25,149 nucleotides of DNA, from positions 1-25,149 of IMG/VR virus record IMGVR_UViG_3300005263_000017; one strand, given 5' to 3'. The position numbers and the translations under genes were made by a program. Within the stretch, counting starts at the first letter, position 1, and each line of letters begins with the position of its first letter. Under the pieces are notes generated by a model that saw only the letters and a list, made by a program, of their open reading frames with translations, searched no databases and was not told the origin of the DNA. Source of the stretch: a virus. Lineage: Duplodnaviria; Caudoviricetes. Shown here in pieces: positions 1 to 8,660 of the stretch.

Positions 1-717
1 CGGGTCTCCGCCGCCGCCAAGGCGGTGGATGGCCCCGCAGAAGCCAACGCCAGCCAGTACGAGCTAATGCTCTACAAGCTGGCCGAGGACAAGCGCCGCC
101 TCTCCGACCTGCAGTCGCAGGAGAAGAAGGCGGCCCTCAAGGCCACCCTGCTGCCCGATTACTTGCCCTGGCTGGATGGCGTGATCCAGGGCGACACCGG
201 CCGCCAGGATGACGTGGTCACCACCTGCATGGTCTGGGCCATCGATTGCGGCGACCTGGCCCTGGCCCTGCGCCTGGGCCGCTACGTCATGGCCCACAAG
301 CTGGCCATGCCCGACAAGTTCAAGCGCAGCGCCGGTTGCGTCCTGGCCGAAGAGTTCGCCGACACCGCCATCAAGGCCGCCATTTCCGGCAACGGCGTCA
401 GCTTCGACCAGGCCGCCACCCTGGACGAGATCCAGATCGTCACCGCCGCAGAAGACATGCCGGACGAAGTCCGGGCCAAGCTGCACAAGGCCCAGGGCTA
501 CGTCGCCCGGGCCCTGGCCGAAGCCGGCAAGGCGGCGGACGGCAGCACCGCCCTGGATGCCGAGCAGACCCTGCACTACTTCACCGTGGCCAAGACCCAC
601 CTCACCCGGGCCCTGGAGCTGCACGCCGGCAGCGGCGTGAAGAAGGACCTGGAACGGCTGGAAGTGAAGATCAAGCAGTTGCAACCGAACTCCGCCGGCA
701 GCGAAAGCACCGGCTGA
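1..717 (+). CDS. M: Terminase small/endonuclease subunit, P2 gpM-like, 5'-truncated
   Basis: Frame open from base 1; motifs LLPDYLPWLDG, QDDV..MVWAIDCGD, DMPDEVRAKLHK, GVKKDLERL; upstream of L. Confidence 0.93.
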   Translation, partial: RVSAAAKAVDGPAEANASQYELMLYKLAEDKRRLSDLQSQEKKAALKATLLPDYLPWLDGVIQGDTGRQDDVVTTCMVWAIDCGDLALALRLGRYVMAHKLAMPDKFKRSAGCVLAEEFADTAIKAAISGNGVSFDQAATLDEIQIVTAAEDMPDEVRAKLHKAQGYVARALAEAGKAADGSTALDAEQTLHYFTVAKTHLTRALELHAGSGVKKDLERLEVKIKQLQPNSAGSESTG

Positions 718-737
718 AACAGAGCGGACCCCGCACC

Positions 738-801
738 CGGGCGGCTCCGGGGGCGGGCCTGGGCGCTCCTCCCCAGGCCCCAACCCCCGGACCACCGCCC
801 G
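738..801 (+). other. Long interrupted stem-loop in the M-L intergenic region
   Basis: Nested pairings 738-744/795-801, 746-753/784-791, 755-763/772-780; no U-tract. Confidence 0.8.
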
Positions 802-821
802 ACCTGACATAGAGAGCGACC

Positions 822-1289
822 ATGAGCCTCGTCATCACCACCCCCGCCGACCCCGCTGCCGAACCGAAGCTGAGCCTGGGCGCCTTCTGGCCGGAAGTCA
901 CCCCGGCCGAGGTCCGGGCCGAGGCCGGCATCGACGGCAGCGTGGAAAGCGGGCGCTTCATGGCCCTGCTGAAAGAGGCCATGGCCCAGGTGGAAGACGA
1001 ACTGGCCGCCTGGCGCCAGGGCATGGAGGCCGCCGGCCATGCCACCCTGGCCGATGTGCCCGCCGCCGCCATCGGCGAAGAATCCGTCAAGGTGCTGCGC
1101 TACCGGCGTGCCCTGGCCTGCCATGTGAAGGCCCAGGCCGCCGAGCGCTACCGTGACTTTTCCGCCACCGGCGCCGGCGACAAGAAAGCCGACGCCCAGG
1201 ACCCCACCATCGACGACCTGCTGCGGGACTACCGGGCCGCCATCGCCGATATCCAGGGCAAGCCCCGCACCGTGGTGGAGCTGATCTGA
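822..1289 (+). CDS. L: Head completion/stabilisation protein gpL
   Basis: FWPEV, YRRAL..KA...ERYRD, C-terminal AIADIQGKPRTVVELI; synteny. Confidence 0.93.
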   Translation: MSLVITTPADPAAEPKLSLGAFWPEVTPAEVRAEAGIDGSVESGRFMALLKEAMAQVEDELAAWRQGMEAAGHATLADVPAAAIGEESVKVLRYRRALACHVKAQAAERYRDFSATGAGDKKADAQDPTIDDLLRDYRAAIADIQGKPRTVVELI

Positions 1290-1501
1290 TGCAAGTCCGT
1301 GCCGAACAGGGAGACACGGTGGACGCCCTCTGCTGGCGCCACCTGGGCGCCACGGCCGGCCTCACCGAGCAGGTCTATGAACTCAACCCCGGCCTTGCCG
1401 CCCTGGGCGCCGTACTGCCCATGGGAACCCTCGTCACCCTGCCCGACCAGGTGCAGGCCTCCGCCAACACCGACACCACCATCATCCAGCTCTGGGACTG
1501 A
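1289..1501 (+). CDS. X: Tail protein X (LysM-like)
   Basis: QGDTVDALCWRH, NPGLA..G.VLP.GT.V.LP, ends IQLWD; TGATG coupling to L. Confidence 0.95.
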   Translation: MQVRAEQGDTVDALCWRHLGATAGLTEQVYELNPGLAALGAVLPMGTLVTLPDQVQASANTDTTIIQLWD

Positions 1502-1503
1502 CC

Positions 1504-1872
1504 ATGGCCGAACCCACCACCCCCGCCGCCGCCCTGACTGCCTCGGGCATCACCGTCCTGGGCGTAGCCACCGGCCTGGACCCCATGCTGCTGCTGTGCG
1601 GCTTCATCGGCGGCTGGTGGGCCCAGAGCTACGAACAGCCGCCGGCCGGCCTGGTGCAGCGCCTCTCCGTCTGTGCCCTCTCCGCCCTGCTGACGACCTG
1701 GTTTATCCCGCCCCTGGTGCTGTGGGTCACCTCCCTCTCCTGGTGGCCCGACGTGGTGCCGGCCCTGCTAATGCGCTTCCCTACCGCCGTCACCTTCGGC
1801 CTGCTGGCCTACAAGGTCCTGGGGCCGTTCGCCCTGCGCTTCGCCAAGTCCAAGACCGAGGAGATCGCCTGA
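1504..1872 (+). CDS. Putative holin (multi-TM membrane protein)
   Basis: Several hydrophobic segments, basic C-terminal tail, first gene of the lysis slot after X. Confidence 0.7.
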   Translation: MAEPTTPAAALTASGITVLGVATGLDPMLLLCGFIGGWWAQSYEQPPAGLVQRLSVCALSALLTTWFIPPLVLWVTSLSWWPDVVPALLMRFPTAVTFGLLAYKVLGPFALRFAKSKTEEIA

Positions 1873-2165
1873 TGATGTCCGCCGCCAACCTGGCCGCCCT
1901 CGTTTTCGCGGCCGTGATCCTGGTCCGGGCCGAGCCGGCCCTGGCCAGAATGTCGCCCTGCACCCCCTGGATGCTGCGCTACGCCTTCCTGCTCCTGGCC
2001 GCCGGCGCCATGGCCGTGATCCTCATGGTCTGCACCGGCCAGGTGCCGCCGGCCGTCGCCATCCTCCTGCTCACCGCCGGGCTATCCCTGCTGCTCCTCT
2101 GTGACCGGCGCATGCGGGCCCTGCTCCCCCCCAACCGTAAAGGAGAACCCCATGCGCAAGGGTGA
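1872..2165 (+). CDS. Second small membrane protein (holin/antiholin-like), 97 aa
   Basis: ATG at 1872 overlaps previous TGA; MMSAANLAALVFAAVILV...; about three hydrophobic helices; directly before the endolysin. Confidence 0.7.
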   Translation: MMSAANLAALVFAAVILVRAEPALARMSPCTPWMLRYAFLLLAAGAMAVILMVCTGQVPPAVAILLLTAGLSLLLLCDRRMRALLPPNRKGEPHAQG

Positions 2166-2955
2166 TATCGGCGCCAGCGTGCGCGAACTGCAACGCCTAC
2201 TGGGCACCGTGGGCCTGGATGTGGCCCTGGATGGCTGGTACGGCGATGCCACCGAGGCCGCCGTCAAAGCCTTCCAGGCCCGCGTCGGCTTGGTGCAGGA
2301 CGGCAACGCCGGCCCCAAGACCCTGCAGCTGCTGCGCACCAGGGAGAAAGACCCCCGCCTGCTCACCCAGGCCGCCCTGGAAGCCGCCGCCAAGCGCCTG
2401 GGCCTGCCCATCGCCACCATCATGGCGGTGAACGAGGTGGAGAGCCGGGGCCACGGATTCGGCGACAACGGCCGCCCGGTGATCCTCTTCGAGCGCCACG
2501 TCTTCCTGCAGCGCCTGGCGGCCCGTGGCATCGACACCGCCCCCCTGGTGGAGCGCTACCCCAACATCGTCAACCCCAAGCGGGGCGGCTACAGCGGCGG
2601 CAGCGCCGAATATGCCCGCCTCGCCACCGCCCAGCAGATCCACAAGGAAGCGGCCCTGGAGGCATGCTCCTGGGGCCAGTTCCAGATCATGGGCTACCAC
2701 TGGGAGGCACTTGGCTACGAGAGCATCGCCGCCTTCGTCCTGGCCATGGAGACCGGGGAGGACCAGCAGCTGGAAGCCTTCGTCCGCTTCATCGAGGCCG
2801 ACCCCGCCCTGCTCAAGGCCATCAAGGCCCGCAAGTGGGCCGACTTCGCCCGCCTCTACAACGGCCCGGCCTACAAGGAAAACCTCTACGACGCCAAGCT
2901 GGCACGGGCCTACGAGCGCCACAGCCCGGCCGCCCCCGAGCAGGAGGCTGCGTGA
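2152..2955 (+). CDS. Modular endolysin: peptidoglycan-binding domain plus DUF3380-type N-acetylmuramidase
   Basis: AGGAG RBS before ATG 2152; DGWYGDATEAAVKAFQ..GL.QDG.AGPKT; VESRG.GF, ILFERH, SWGQFQIMG, FARLYNGP. Confidence 0.92.
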   Translation: MRKGDIGASVRELQRLLGTVGLDVALDGWYGDATEAAVKAFQARVGLVQDGNAGPKTLQLLRTREKDPRLLTQAALEAAAKRLGLPIATIMAVNEVESRGHGFGDNGRPVILFERHVFLQRLAARGIDTAPLVERYPNIVNPKRGGYSGGSAEYARLATAQQIHKEAALEACSWGQFQIMGYHWEALGYESIAAFVLAMETGEDQQLEAFVRFIEADPALLKAIKARKWADFARLYNGPAYKENLYDAKLARAYERHSPAAPEQEAA

Positions 2956-3317
2956 TGGACTGGGGCCGCCTGTTCCTGACCCTGGCCATTGCCGCCGCCG
3001 GCGCCGCCATCTCCGCCGCCTGGTACTCCCCACGCCTCGATGCCAAGGAAGCCCAGCGCCAGGCCCTGGAGCAGGCCTACCTGCGCCTGGCAGACCGCAC
3101 CGGGGAGCAGAACGCCGCCATCCAGACCATGGCCGCCACCGGGGAGCGCCAGGCCACCACCCTGGCCACCGCCCAGGCCAAGGCCGCCAGACTGGCCGCC
3201 ACCATCAAGGCCAAGGCCGCCGAGTGGCTGGCCCGCCAGCGCCCGGCCGGCGCCGACCCCTGCCAGACGGCCCGGGCCTGGGTGGATGAACAGCTGCAGA
3301 AGGAGCGCCGGCCGTGA
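2955..3317 (+). CDS. Rz-like inner-membrane spanin
   Basis: N-terminal TM (MDWGRLFLTLAIAAAGAAISAAW), Ala/Gln-rich coiled coil, C-terminal Cys; follows endolysin. Confidence 0.8.
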   Translation: MDWGRLFLTLAIAAAGAAISAAWYSPRLDAKEAQRQALEQAYLRLADRTGEQNAAIQTMAATGERQATTLATAQAKAARLAATIKAKAAEWLARQRPAGADPCQTARAWVDEQLQKERRP

Positions 3318-3592
3318 AAACACATGCTTTGATGTGCCTGGCCGCCATCGCCCTCTCCGCCTGCGGCACCACCGCCAAGCTGCCCGATGTAGTCACCATC
3401 CAGAAGCCGGTGCGCCAGGCCATCCAGGCCAAGCCGGTGGAAAAGCCCGCCTGGGCCGTAGATGCCCTGCCCATGGGCGCCCCCATCGACGACCAGGTAA
3501 AGGCCCTGCTGGCCGAGCGGGAGCAGCGCAAGGCCTACGAAACCGAACTGGAGGCGGCCGTGTGCCGGGATCTCGATGCAGAAAGCCGCTGA
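3314..3592 (+). CDS. Rz1-like outer-membrane lipoprotein spanin
   Basis: Signal peptide with lipobox LSAC, Pro-rich segment, GTGA overlap with Rz-like gene. Confidence 0.82.
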   Translation: MKTHALMCLAAIALSACGTTAKLPDVVTIQKPVRQAIQAKPVEKPAWAVDALPMGAPIDDQVKALLAEREQRKAYETELEAAVCRDLDAESR

Positions 3593-4034
3593 GCTGCGGG
3601 ACCACCTGGCCGCCCGGGTCCCCGGGCTGAAGAAGCACCCCGAAAAGTTCCACGTCTTCATCGAGAAGGGCAGCATCCGCTGCCGCCCCCAGGGCAACTC
3701 CTTCCGTTACCACTACACCGTCAGCCTGCTGATCGAGGACTTCACCGAGCACGTTGACCACGTCGCCATCCCCCTGCTGCAGTGGGTTGCCGTCAACCAG
3801 TTCGACCTCCTGCAGAACCCCCAGAGCCAGGAGAACGGCATCACCTTCGAGGCCGAGCTGCTGGACAACAACAAGGCAGACCTGCAGATCACCCTGCAGC
3901 TCACCGAGAGCGTCCGGGTGGAGCAGGTGGACAACAAGCTCCAGGCCACCCACCTGGACGAGCCGCCCCAGCCGGACCTCAGCGGCCCCACCGTCTGGAC
4001 CCTGGAAGCGCCAGGGCTGGAAGCCGCCCCCTAA
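3576..4034 (+). CDS. R: Tail completion protein gpR
   Basis: FRYHYT, PLLQWV..NQ.DLLQNP, FEAELLDN..ADL.I.L.LTE.V.V; synteny. Confidence 0.92.
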   Translation: MQKAAELRDHLAARVPGLKKHPEKFHVFIEKGSIRCRPQGNSFRYHYTVSLLIEDFTEHVDHVAIPLLQWVAVNQFDLLQNPQSQENGITFEAELLDNNKADLQITLQLTESVRVEQVDNKLQATHLDEPPQPDLSGPTVWTLEAPGLEAAP

Positions 4035-4037
4035 GCC

Positions 4038-4499
4038 ATGGCCGATCTGGACCCGCTGGCGCCACTGGCCGCCTATTGCTCCGGCCTCATCGCCAACCTG
4101 GAGCCGCCCCGCCGCCGGCAACTGGCCCGGGCCATGGCCCAGCGCCTGCGGGAAGCCAACGCCCGCCGCATCGCCGCCCAGCTCAATCCGGACGGCACCG
4201 CATTCGAGCCGAGAAAATCCACCCTTCGGAAAAAGCAGGGCCGGCTGCGCCGCCGGGCCATGTTCTCCAAGCTGCGCACCGCCCGTTACCTCACCATAGC
4301 GGCAGGGCCTGAAGGTGCCGTGGTCGAATTCGCCGCCGAAGTCCAGCGCATTGCCCAGGTGCACCACTTCGGCCTCAAGGACCGGGTGAACAAGCGCCGC
4401 GGCCCCGAGGTGGAATACCCCGCCCGGGAGCTGCTGGGCATCAACGACAGCGACCTTTCCGCCTTGGAAGCGCTGATCCTCCCCTGGATCGCCGGCTGA
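4038..4499 (+). CDS. S: Tail completion/virion morphogenesis protein gpS
   Basis: RIAAQLNPDGTAFEPRK, MFSKLR, RIAQVHHFGL, YPARELLG. Confidence 0.93.
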   Translation: MADLDPLAPLAAYCSGLIANLEPPRRRQLARAMAQRLREANARRIAAQLNPDGTAFEPRKSTLRKKQGRLRRRAMFSKLRTARYLTIAAGPEGAVVEFAAEVQRIAQVHHFGLKDRVNKRRGPEVEYPARELLGINDSDLSALEALILPWIAG

Positions 4500-4510
4500 C
4501 CCGCCCGTTT

Positions 4511-4573
4511 CGGTTGTAGCCACAAGCCGCACAACCGGCCGTTCCCCACCCGCGCGCGGGGGGAAGGCAACAT
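4511..4573 (+). promoter_or_regulatory. Ogr-type late promoter for V operon
   Basis: CGGTTGT-N13-ACAACCG dyad (4511-4537), CGCGCGCG tract, CAACAT -10-like at 4568-4573; same architecture upstream of FI. Confidence 0.8.
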
Positions 4574-4580
4574 CGGGGCC

Positions 4581-5195
4581 ATGGACTACGCAGAACTCGC
4601 CAGACTCATTGCCAACCTCATTCGAATGGGGACGGTTTCTGCCGTCGACCACGATAAGCGGCGCTGCCGCTTCAAGTCCGGAAAGCTGGAAACCAATTGG
4701 CTGAAATGGCTAACCCTACGAGCAGGTACCACCGGAACCTGGAACCCGCCGACTGTTGGGGAGCAGGGAATTCTCCTTTCCCCCAGCGGCTGCACTGAAA
4801 ACGGCATTGTGCTGGTGGGAATCGAATCCGATACCCATCCCAGCCCCAGCACCGACCCGAACAAGGACTACACCCGCTACCCGGACGGCGCCGTCGTCGA
4901 ATATGACCACGCCGTCGGCGCCCTCAAGGCCACCGGTATCAAGACTGCCCTACTTCAGGCCAGCGAAAGCAGCACTATCGACTGCCCCGAGAACACCATC
5001 ACCGGCAATACCCGGATCATGGGTACCCTCACGGTAGAAAAGCTCTTCACCTACCAGGCCGGCATGAGAGGCACCGGAGGCGACGGCGCCAGCGCCATCA
5101 TCAACGGCCGCATCGAGACCACCGAGGACGTGGTGGCCGGCGGAATCAGCCTCATGGGCCACGATCATGAGGAACATGTGGGGTCACCTGTATGA
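4581..5195 (+). CDS. V: Baseplate central spike gpV
   Basis: RLIANLIRMGTV, WL.W.T.RAG...W.PPTVGEQ, YPDGAVVEYDH, C-terminal HxH (HDH). Confidence 0.95.
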   Translation: MDYAELARLIANLIRMGTVSAVDHDKRRCRFKSGKLETNWLKWLTLRAGTTGTWNPPTVGEQGILLSPSGCTENGIVLVGIESDTHPSPSTDPNKDYTRYPDGAVVEYDHAVGALKATGIKTALLQASESSTIDCPENTITGNTRIMGTLTVEKLFTYQAGMRGTGGDGASAIINGRIETTEDVVAGGISLMGHDHEEHVGSPV

Positions 5196-5536
5196 GGATG
5201 AACCCCGAGACCGGCCTGTCCATGGACGAAATGGAGAGCATCCAGAAATCCGTCGGCGACATCATCAATACACCCATCGGCAGCCGGGTCAAGCGACGCC
5301 CATACGGCTCCATCATTCCCTATCTGATCGACCACCCCGGGAATGCCGTCACCGTGCTGCGCCTCATGGCCGCCACAGTGATGGCCATCAGCCGCTGGGA
5401 AAACAGGATCGCCATCACCGGCGTGGACTTCGACATCAACATGGACGGCGAAGCCGTGGTCGGTATTGACGCCATCCGCCTCACCGGCCCCCGGGCCGGC
5501 CAGGCCGTCAGCTTCTCCGTGAAAGCATCCCGATGA
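5192..5536 (+). CDS. W: Baseplate wedge protein gpW (gp25-like)
   Basis: IQKSVGDIINTPIGSRVKRRPYGS, AISRWENRI. Confidence 0.94.
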   Translation: MRMNPETGLSMDEMESIQKSVGDIINTPIGSRVKRRPYGSIIPYLIDHPGNAVTVLRLMAATVMAISRWENRIAITGVDFDINMDGEAVVGIDAIRLTGPRAGQAVSFSVKASR

Positions 5537-6441
5537 GCATCGACCTCTCCGCCCTGACCGCCCCGGACGTCATCGAAAGCCTGGACTTCGAGGAAATCCT
5601 GGCCGCCATGAAGGCCTGGGTCATCGCCACCTACCCGGTGGAAGAGCAGGCCCAGGTCGCCGCCGACCTGGACCGGGAATCGGAGCCGGCCAACAAGATC
5701 CTGCAGCTGGCCGCCTACTGGGACTTAAACCGCCGCGCCAGCTACAACGACGAGGCCCGGGCCCTGCTGCTGGCCCACTCCACCGGCAGCAACCTGGACC
5801 ACATCGGCGTCACCTACTACCAGGAAGAGCGCCTGGTGGTAACCCCGGCCGACCCGGATGCCACCCCGCCGGTGGCCGCCGTGAAGGAAACGGACGAGGA
5901 ATACCGCCAGCGCCTGGCACTCAAGCCGGAGTCCTACTCCGTTGCCGGACCCCGGGAGGCCTACCGCTTCCATGCGCTATCCGCCCATGGCCAGGTCAAG
6001 GCCGCCGAGCCAATGAGCCCTATGAAGGGAAGCACCGTAGTCTATGTGCTGTCGAAAATCGGCGACGGCATCCCCAGCCAGGAAGTTCTCGATGCCGTGG
6101 AGGCAGCCCTCAGCGACGAAGACGTGCGCCCCCTGTCTGAAGACGTTTCGGTTGAGCCGGCGGAAATCGTTGCCTACACCTACGACGTAGACCTCTACGT
6201 CTACCCGGGGCCGGGAGGCGAAATCGCCAGACAAGCCGCAGAAGATGCCCTGGCCGCCCTGGCCGCCAACAACTTCTCCCTGGGGGGAGCGGTGGTGGAT
6301 TCGGCCACAAAAAAGGCTGCCCACCAAGCCGGAATCAAGCGGGCCGTGGTCAACCAGCCGGTGGCCGACATCATCTGTACCAAGAACCAGGCGCCGCGGT
6401 GCGATCAGATCACTGTCCGTATTGCCGGGGTTGAGGAATGA
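5533..6441 (+). CDS. J: Baseplate assembly protein gpJ
   Basis: IDLSALTAPDVIESLDFE, ESEP..K, ETDEEYR.R, SVAGP..AY.FHA, VRPLSE.V.V. Confidence 0.95.
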   Translation: MSIDLSALTAPDVIESLDFEEILAAMKAWVIATYPVEEQAQVAADLDRESEPANKILQLAAYWDLNRRASYNDEARALLLAHSTGSNLDHIGVTYYQEERLVVTPADPDATPPVAAVKETDEEYRQRLALKPESYSVAGPREAYRFHALSAHGQVKAAEPMSPMKGSTVVYVLSKIGDGIPSQEVLDAVEAALSDEDVRPLSEDVSVEPAEIVAYTYDVDLYVYPGPGGEIARQAAEDALAALAANNFSLGGAVVDSATKKAAHQAGIKRAVVNQPVADIICTKNQAPRCDQITVRIAGVEE

Positions 6442-7004
6442 GCGCCGTATTGCTGCCGCCGAACAGCAGCCGTCTGGAGCGTGCGCTGGCCGATGCCATT
6501 GCCCGCAATGAGCATGAGCAGTTGGTCAAGACGTTGTGGAACGCCGACACCTGCCCTCTCGAATTTCTCCCTTGGCTGGCCTGGGCGTTGTCGGTGGACG
6601 ACTGGGACGAACACTGGTCCGAGGAACGAAAGCGCCGGGCCATCAAGGAAGCCCGCCGCATCCATGAACACAAGGGAACGCCTGGCGCCGTACGCCGGGT
6701 CCTGACTGTGATGGGCCAGCCGGACGCAGAGATTGTGGAGCGCTCCGATTTCGTCGTCCGTAACGGGACGGCCCGGCGCAACGGAACCCGCCGCCGCTTC
6801 GGGCATGAAGGATGGGCCACCTTCAGGGTGGTGCTCAAGCGACCGGTCACCATCGACCAGGCCATGCTCATCCGTTCCATGCTCGAAAACGCCAAGCGCA
6901 ACTGCGTTCACCTGGTAGCCCTGGACTTCCGACAAGCCGCCCTGCGCCGAAACGGCGTCGCCTTGCGCGACGGAAGCTACACCCGCGGCGTTGTAAACAC
7001 CTGA
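6438..7004 (+). CDS. I: Baseplate/tail protein gpI
   Basis: LLPPNSS.LE, LWNADTCP..FLPWLAWALSVD.W, H.HKGT.GAVRR. Confidence 0.94.
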   Translation: MSAVLLPPNSSRLERALADAIARNEHEQLVKTLWNADTCPLEFLPWLAWALSVDDWDEHWSEERKRRAIKEARRIHEHKGTPGAVRRVLTVMGQPDAEIVERSDFVVRNGTARRNGTRRRFGHEGWATFRVVLKRPVTIDQAMLIRSMLENAKRNCVHLVALDFRQAALRRNGVALRDGSYTRGVVNT

Positions 7005-7015
7005 AAGGAGCCGTC

Positions 7016-8656
7016 ATGGCATTCATTTCCGAAACAAACGAGTGGGTAGAGGGTATCTACCAGTATGAGGAAGACGACGTGGTCGAGGGCGGGCCGGATG
7101 GCATCGACAACATCCAGGCAAAGGCCCTGGCCGCCCGCACCAACTACCTCAGGGCCCTGCTGGAAAACATGCAGACCGACAAACAGGACCAGGACCCCAC
7201 CCTGGTAGCCATTGCCGCCCTGGCCACGGCGGCCGACAAGTTCATCTATTTCACCGGCGCCGATGAGGCAGCGCTTGGCACCGTCACCGCCTACGGCCGC
7301 AGCCTGCTGGCCGGCGCCGATGCCGCCGCCGTCCGGGCCTTGCTCTCCGCCGTCAGCCAGGCGGAACTCAATGCCGCCATTGCCGGCCTGGTCAATTCCT
7401 CACCTGCCACCCTGGATACCCTCAAGGAACTGGCCGATGCCCTGGGCGACGATCCCAACTTCGCCACCACCATGACCAACGCCCTGGCCGCCCGGGTGCA
7501 GATCACCGACCTGCAGAAGGGAACCCACGTCACCGCCACGGCCGGAGGCACGGCCGATGCCATCACCGCCGCCTATACCCCCGCCATCACCACCGACACG
7601 GCAGGCCGTATTCCCGAGGTTACCCTCTCGTTCAAGGCCACCGCAGCGAACACCGCCGCCGGGGCAACCTTCAATTCCGGCACCGGGGCCTTCGGCTTCG
7701 TCAAGGGTGCATCCACCGCCATCGTCGCCGGCGACATCCCCGGTGCCGGCGCCATCGTCCAGGTCCGTGGCCGCCGGGGAGCATCGGCGGCGGAAGACAA
7801 GTGGGTGTTGCTGAATCCGGCCAAAGGAATCGCAACTTCAAGCGCGTTTCCATCTGGCTTCATGATGATGTGGCCGACTCCGGTATGCCCCGAATGGGCA
7901 CTAGTGCTTGATGGAGCTGCAGTTAGTCGGGCTACCCATCCTTCCCTCTTCGCTGTTCTTTGCCCGACTCGCAACGGAACCACGACAAACGGCAGTAACG
8001 TCATCTCCGGCCTATCCAGCACGTCGGATTTGTACGTCGGCATGCCCGTAGAGGCCCCGGGAGTACCGGCTGGGACAACCATCGCCTCCATTACCGGTGC
8101 CACGACGGCGACCATGAGCAATCAGGCAACCGCCTCTGCCAGCGTTCCCTTCACGCTCTTTTATTACGGCTACGGCAATGGTGGAAGCGGCACTACCTTC
8201 GGCCTTCCCGACGACAGAGGCCTCTTCTGGCGCGGCCTTGACACGGGGGCGCGCGGCTATGAAGCATCGGTCATCTCCGGTACGACAACCAACGGCAGCA
8301 AGTCGATCACCGGACTGTCGTCCACCAAAGGCATGTTTATCGGCCAGGCATTGTCCGGCTCTGGTATCCAGGCCGGGGCCACTGTTGAAAGCATTACCGG
8401 GTCGAATTCCATCACGATGAGTGCTAATGCCACGGCAACAGCCACAGTAGGAATCACCTTTGTCGGCGGCCAAATCGGCAACGAGCGTGCAGACGACTTG
8501 AAGAGCCATACCCACTCCGGGCAAACGCTGGCGGTTAACGGAAGCGGCGTTTCAGGGACATACGGCTACCTCACCAACGTCGGCAACACTGGGGCTACTG
8601 GTGGAGCAGAGTCCCGCCCTCGGTTCCGCAACTACCTTCCCATCATCGCTATTTGA
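7016..8656 (+). CDS. H: Tail fibre protein (546 aa) with C-terminal collar/tip domain
   Basis: AAGGAG RBS; GGPDGIDNIQAKALAARTNYL; SPATLDTLKELADALGDDPNFATTMTNALA; collar motifs DGAAVSRATHPSLF, TTFGLPDDRGLF.RG, KSHTH, ESRP. Confidence 0.9.
   Translation: MAFISETNEWVEGIYQYEEDDVVEGGPDGIDNIQAKALAARTNYLRALLENMQTDKQDQDPTLVAIAALATAADKFIYFTGADEAALGTVTAYGRSLLAGADAAAVRALLSAVSQAELNAAIAGLVNSSPATLDTLKELADALGDDPNFATTMTNALAARVQITDLQKGTHVTATAGGTADAITAAYTPAITTDTAGRIPEVTLSFKATAANTAAGATFNSGTGAFGFVKGASTAIVAGDIPGAGAIVQVRGRRGASAAEDKWVLLNPAKGIATSSAFPSGFMMMWPTPVCPEWALVLDGAAVSRATHPSLFAVLCPTRNGTTTNGSNVISGLSSTSDLYVGMPVEAPGVPAGTTIASITGATTATMSNQATASASVPFTLFYYGYGNGGSGTTFGLPDDRGLFWRGLDTGARGYEASVISGTTTNGSKSITGLSSTKGMFIGQALSGSGIQAGATVESITGSNSITMSANATATATVGITFVGGQIGNERADDLKSHTHSGQTLAVNGSGVSGTYGYLTNVGNTGATGGAESRPRFRNYLPIIAI
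7973..8464 (+). repeat. Two diverged ~63-aa repeats in the fibre C-terminus (starts 7973 and 8276)
   Basis: GTTTNGSNVISGLSST..YVGM...GVPAGTTIASITG..ATMS.QATASA versus GTTTNGSKSITGLSST..FIGQ...GIQAGATVESITG..ITMS.NATATA. Confidence 0.9.
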
Positions 8657-8660
8657 CGTA

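Noticed and set aside
2126-2132. C7 run before endolysin as a phase-variable tract
   Set aside because: Short for a GC-rich genome; both genes intact with their own starts
6812-7015. ORF-track upstream extensions (fibre 6812, FI 8669, 1299, 2664, 16682, 22191)
   Set aside because: Downstream ATGs have RBS or stop-start coupling and match family N-termini; extensions overlap other genes or promoters
7973-8464. Fibre repeats as DGR template/variable repeat or invertible cassette
   Set aside because: Both copies are in-frame and diverged at all base types, not adenine-specific; no reverse transcriptase or invertase in window
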